Source of the DNA: Camelus dromedarius
Lineage: Eukaryota
Direction of reading: 5' to 3'
DNA: 64,000 nt
NCBI RefSeq assembly: GCF_036321535.1
Contig: NC_087437.1
Location: forward strand, 120,778,001-120,842,000
In this document: one piece after another, positions 59,301-64,000 of the stretch
Position numbering within the stretch: position 1 is the stretch's first letter
How the letters are laid out: each line of letters starts with the position of its first letter
Notes under the pieces: generated by a model
The model's database searches: none
What the model was told of the DNA's origin: nothing
The model's input: the letters and a program-made list of their open reading frames with translations, nothing else
Translations under genes and position numbers: made by a program

Positions 59301-61810
59301 GCTGCTCTGTGACCAGGAACCTACGGGAGGAGGCTTGGCCGCATTTCCTCGGCTTCTTCCTGAGCGCAGGTGGGGCCTGGCCGCTGTCGGGGACACGGGC
59401 GCCCTCTGAGCCAGGTGCCATGTGGAGTCTGATCACAGCAAAACCGCTCTCCCCACATGTGTGTGTGCTCCCCATGGTCACCAGCTCTCCTGTGGACCTT
59501 GTGGTGCGGAAAACTGCTTTTCCTGTGGGGCTGTTTGGATGACGGTCCTGACGGGAAAGGGAGTCCTTTCTCAGGCTGCTCTTTGGGTTTCTGCCATGAT
59601 AAGCGGACCTTCTCCCGGAGGCTGTGAGGTGCTTTGGGCTCCAGATCATTTTTCTGTTCTCTCGTTCCTCACCCTCCTCCCGCTCTGGCCTCGCGGTCCC
59701 GGCACATCCCTCCCAAAGTGGTGCAGGGCTGCTGCTCTGGAGACAGAAGGGTTCACCCGCAGCTGTCACGGGGCGAGAAGATGTGAAGCAGCTGTGCCCC
59801 GTGGTTTTGGGGTTTTAAACATAGTGTAGTGTGCGTACCAACCTGGACTATGCACGTATAGACGGAAACAACAGACCCGCAAATCAGGTGTTCTCCTGTG
59901 TCACGGATGAGAACGTTGCTCTGTCCCAGGCCCGGGGCCTCTGGTGACACAGTGCCTGGCTGTGACCTCAGGCAGCCAGTGCACCCCGGAGTGAGGGCAG
60001 AGGTGGTTCTGTTCCCTGAAGTCCAGCTCTGCTCTTGGCCCTTTCGCCTCCTGGCACCTCGCAGGCTCCCTCTGCTTGCGGGCGTCACCAGAACACCTTT
60101 CTCCAGGTTTCCACTCATTTTCCCACAGTCCTTCCTCCCTCTGGGACCACTGGCCCTCCTCATGTTCACCCCTCTCCCCATATCTAGCCTCTGGAGTGCT
60201 CTCTCCATGTCACTGTCCTCATCAGCCTCCTGGCAGGAGACAGTGGGTCATTCCCCGCGGCTGAACTTGTGCTTCCAACGCAACCAGGGTTTCTTTCTCT
60301 GAAGGATGAGCTGGATTCACAAACCTATCACCTCCCCTCGGCCCTTAGACCTTGTCTGGGGTGAGGGTAGTTTGAGGGTCTGCTGGGGGGTTGGCTGGGA
60401 GATGGCAGAGCTCCTCTGTGACCAGGAGCCCATGGGAGGGTAGTCTGGCGTGAGGGTAGTTTGAGGGTCGGCTGGGATGTGTCCCTGGCGTGGCTGACCC
60501 ACCTCGGGTGACGGAGGAGTGCCGGCTCCAGGAGCCTTGGGTTGTGGTGGGCTGTGTTGGCGCGCGAGGAAGCAGGGCTTTGGATAGGTTTGCACATGTG
60601 TGAGCTCACACCCCTGGGGAAGCTGCAGCCTGTGGCCGCTGCTCCCATTCTGACCTTTCCAAAGAAATGCCGGCTCTGCATTGGTGGTCTCCTGAGTGGC
60701 AGGCAGCGGGCAGCAGGCAAGGTCAGTGTGACAGATGTCCACTGTGGAAACCCAGGTCCTCCTGTGGACCCTTCCCTGGTACCATTGGTGGCTTTTTATT
60801 TCTGAGAGGTTGAGCCGTACGGCTGTGTTAAAGATCCAGCCAAACGGTAGCCTCTGTTCTGCACTGCGTGTTTTCACATAGCTCTGCAGCTCGTCCATTA
60901 ATCGTCTGACAGCTGCACACGTGGACCCCGCTGCGTGAGCCCCCCAGCGCTGATGGGGGCTCGTGGCCTCCAGTCCTCTTTCATCCTCATGGCTTCTTGG
61001 AGGTGAGAGTGACACACGTGTGTTTAAAGTGTAGAATCTGACCCACTTTGAGACTCATACACACCCTGAGAAGCCAGCCCCACGGCATGGTAGCGAGCAC
61101 CCAGCATGCCCATGAGTTGTCCTGTCCTGGGCGCTCAACCACCAGGCACCCGGGGCAGAGGCATCGACCCCAAGAACAGGAAGCGGAGCTCTTGGCAAAC
61201 AGGTGTGGTCTTTGACATTTGCTGAGTCTCAGCAATTTATCTTCCCAAGAGGTGGTACCGGTGCGAGTCTGCCAGCCAGAGGAAGACCACTGCAGATACC
61301 TCAGTGTCTTGCTGTCGGGAGAGAGAGGAGGGGTCCTGTGCACTCTGCATCTCTTCCCCTTGCTGCGAGGTGCAGTATCCATCGCTGGTGGCACATCTTG
61401 CTGCTCCGCGATTGATGGATCAACCCCCAAGGACCGTGTGGGCGTAGCTCAGGGCCTGAGCCCCCACCGACTTGTGGCAGCTTCCCCGTTCACCTCTGCT
61501 GCCCCCCTCCTTTTTTTTCCTATGCTGCTTTATATTTTAAAAAACAAAAGGAAGATACATAATTATATAAAAGGCCACATACACGTACTTGCACACGCGT
61601 GTTAATTATTCCTGTTGCTGAGAAGTTAAGGGAGCACAGGGCCCCTGGGGTGGGCTGGGGGCTCCCCACACAGGCGTGGGGCCCCGAGATCTCAGGAGGC
61701 CTCTTCTCTCGTGGCAGGAGCACGTTCGCCGTGGACGGGAAAGACTGCCGGGTGGACCGAGACGTGGAGCGCGTCCTGAAGGAGTTCCACCAGGCCGGGA
61801 AGCCCATCGG
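56175..61810 (+). CDS. GATD3: GATD3 (C21orf33/ES1 homologue, mitochondrial DJ-1/PfpI-like glutamine amidotransferase-domain protein); exons 1-5, 3' end beyond the window
   Basis: Exons 56175-56333, 56573-56625, 58034-58147, 59077-59196, 61718-61810 are in phase: Arg/Leu/Ala-rich presequence, then [70 protein letters not shown]. Confidence 0.96.
56573..56625 (+). CDS. GATD3: GATD3 exon 2
   Basis: [17 protein letters not shown]; cag|...|gtaagc. Confidence 0.95.
58034..58147 (+). CDS. GATD3: GATD3 exon 3
   Basis: [37 protein letters not shown]. Confidence 0.95.
59077..59196 (+). CDS. GATD3: GATD3 exon 4
   Basis: [39 protein letters not shown]. Confidence 0.95.
60361..60469. repeat. 20-bp direct repeat GTGAGGGTAGTTTGAGGGTC
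   Basis: Exact copies at 60361-60380 and 60450-60469. Confidence 0.85.
61718..61810 (+). CDS. GATD3: GATD3 exon 5
   Basis: [30 protein letters not shown]. Confidence 0.95.
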
Positions 61811-64000
61811 GTGGGTGCGTGCGCCGCGCGGCCTGCAGGGCGGGCGGGGGCGGCGGCCGGGCGCGCCGCGGGAGCTGCTGCTCTGAGCTGTGTGCTTTCG
61901 GAAACTCTCAGCCCCTTTCCTCGTTACAACCCAGGGGGTTTCATGCGCTGTCACAGGTGCCTTCCAGCCCTGAAAATCCTGCGGTTGTGTGGTTATAGTA
62001 ATTTCTCCTGATGACCTAGTTGGGGGCGGGGGGCAGTTCTGTCAGCGTCCAGCAGAGTATCCGTCCCTGCCTGGCCCGCGCCTGGCTGCCGCCTTCCTGA
62101 CGCGGCTCGGAGCGGCCCCTCAGCTGCTGCCCCGTCGGTGCTCTGCCACCGCTGCCGTGGGCATCGTCTCCTACACCCGTGGCTCTCGGTTGCTTTCCCC
62201 AGGGGCCACGGGCCGATCCTTCTCTGCCGCCCCAGGACTGGCTTCTGTGGCGGCCGCACGCTGGGCCACATCACGGGCCCAGCCACAGCCCACGCCTGGA
62301 CCCCTGTCCTTGGCCTGGCGAGGTCGGCCGTAACCACACCCGGAGGCCCCGGAGACAAGTGATGGCGACTCCGCTGTCAGACCTGCTGGTCCGGTGGCCC
62401 TTCCCACCAGCGTCCAGCGGGGGCTCCTCGTCCCGCTCTGACTTGAGCGTCCCAGGGCGGTGCTGGAGCAAGTGGCTGCAGGCTTGGGGTCGTCCCTGGC
62501 TGGGGAGGCCTCTCAGCAGCACCGTGGTGAACAGGCCCTCCGCCAGGTGGCTCGCTGCCTTTTATCAGCCGACTGGAAAGGAACGAGGTTACCAGTCTGA
62601 CTGGGGCACAGAGACTGGAGGGGATGGGCCCCACCAGGGGTCAGCGTCCTTCATGGACCCACTGTCACCACTGGGGGCCCTGCCCGGTCAGCCTGCAGGC
62701 GCACCTCCCGCTTCTCTCTCCATCCCCCTGGGTACGGAGGAGCTGGTGCCCAGGGAGGTAGGGAGGGAGGTCGCCTCCTGGGACGCCTCATGGGGGCAGC
62801 ACTTGTTCATGCAGGCGAGCACCAGGGAGGGCCCCAGTGCCCGCCCTCTGTGGTGGATTCAGCAACATGACAGACAGGACAGATGCTGAGCAGACTGGCC
62901 CCCTCACTGCGGGCATCCTGCCCACTCGATTGCACAGATGGAGAGCAGCCCGCTCCCCTGGGTGGGGCGCAGGATGGGGACACTGCGCGTACCCGCCGCC
63001 CTGTGTCGTTAGGGCCCTGTTCAGCCCGTCCTGCAGCGCTTTGCTCGGCCTTCTCTTTCCAGCAGCAGTAGCATTATCCCGCCTCTGGCAGGCCCCCTTC
63101 CCAGGCCAGGTGCACTGAGCCGTCCCACCACTCCACCGCACAGACGGAGCGTGGGGTTCCATGGCTCTGCCACCTGCCTGGTGCGTCCCTCCCCCAGCGC
63201 GGGAGCGTTGGTGTTCACAGCCAGAGACGGCCGGGCAGCCTGAATGGCCAGACTGGAGGCTCATGGTATGGCCTTCATCTTTGGAGGTCACCCACCCCCC
63301 GTTGGGCGCCTATGGAACCTCACGACCCAGCAGGCTCCCAAGGTGTCAGTTCCAGTGATGTCCCACCCATTTGGGTCTGAAGAGGTTTATCTCAGGTTCC
63401 TAAGCAGAGGTTGTTCAGGTGTCACGACGTGTAGCAAGTGTGTAAACACATTTGTATGATGTTTTATTCCAGTTCGTTACAGCAGCTTGGACATGGGGCC
63501 TTTGAAGGCAATACAGAGAACCAGAACCAGGAGGCAGGGGTGCAGCCCCCCTGGGGAGGGGGCCGTCCCTGACAGGTGCATGACGGGCCAGCCTGGCCTG
63601 GTGCTGCTGTGGCTAATGTCCCGTGTGTCCTCTTGGGGACAGGACACTGGTGGGCCCTCGGCTCCCGGAGGCCTTGGTTTTGGCTAAACCGATGGTCTCA
63701 TGATCTTCCGGTCTGGAGACCCCCTGGTGAAGAGCAGGTCCTCGGAGGAACCCTGGGGACAGGCGTCCAGTGTGAACTTGCAGGGCTCAGGGCCCCGGGA
63801 CGGCCTGCCTGTGGGGAGGGGAGAGCTCAATGCTCTGCAGGGTCGAGCTCCCTGGGCTCTCGCGCCCCCGTCCAGTCCCTACAGCTGTGCTTCTCTGCTT
63901 CCACGTGACCAGTGACCCTCAAACTGGGGCCAAAGACAACTCGGCCATCTGTGGCCTCCTCTCTTAAGTCAGCCTCCCCACTCTGGACACCACATCAGGT

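Noticed and set aside
58726..59769. 347-aa minus-strand ORF, the longest in the track
   Set aside because: Antisense to GATD3 exon 4 and flanking GC-rich intron, non-ATG start, no recognisable domain; likely chance
1..64000. CRISPR arrays, rRNA, operons or other prokaryotic systems
   Set aside because: No regularly spaced repeat-spacer arrays or rRNA-like sequence seen; the window is intron-exon mammalian DNA

Overview
Mammalian genomic DNA, GC-rich and syntenic with human 21q22.3. A tRNA-derived SINE suggests a camelid, though that is only an inference. Three + strand protein-coding genes are reconstructed from translated exons and GT-AG junctions. (1) The 3' part of TRAPPC10: 16 coding exons, 4707-30611, 913 aa in the window, with a long 3'UTR. 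(2) The complete PWP2: 21 coding exons, 34396-47855, 917 aa. (3) The first five coding exons of GATD3/C21orf33, 56175-61810, continuing past the window. One TRAPPC10 intron (9599-9879) has full U12 minor-spliceosome signals. Almost the whole PWP2-GATD3 intergenic region is a decayed class I (ERV1-like) provirus of about 7.6 kb: 5'LTR, tRNA-Arg-like PBS, gag/IN/env remnants, 3'LTR. It carries a nested solo LTR and an L1 fragment, and its 3'LTR abuts the GATD3 CpG island. The least explained stretch is an ATG-initiated 132-codon ORF running divergently from the PWP2 promoter in AT-rich but CpG-undepleted DNA (33646-34044, minus). Most other ORFs in the supplied track are GC-rich noise. No database searches were run. 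Gene and repeat-family names come from my recall of the sequences.
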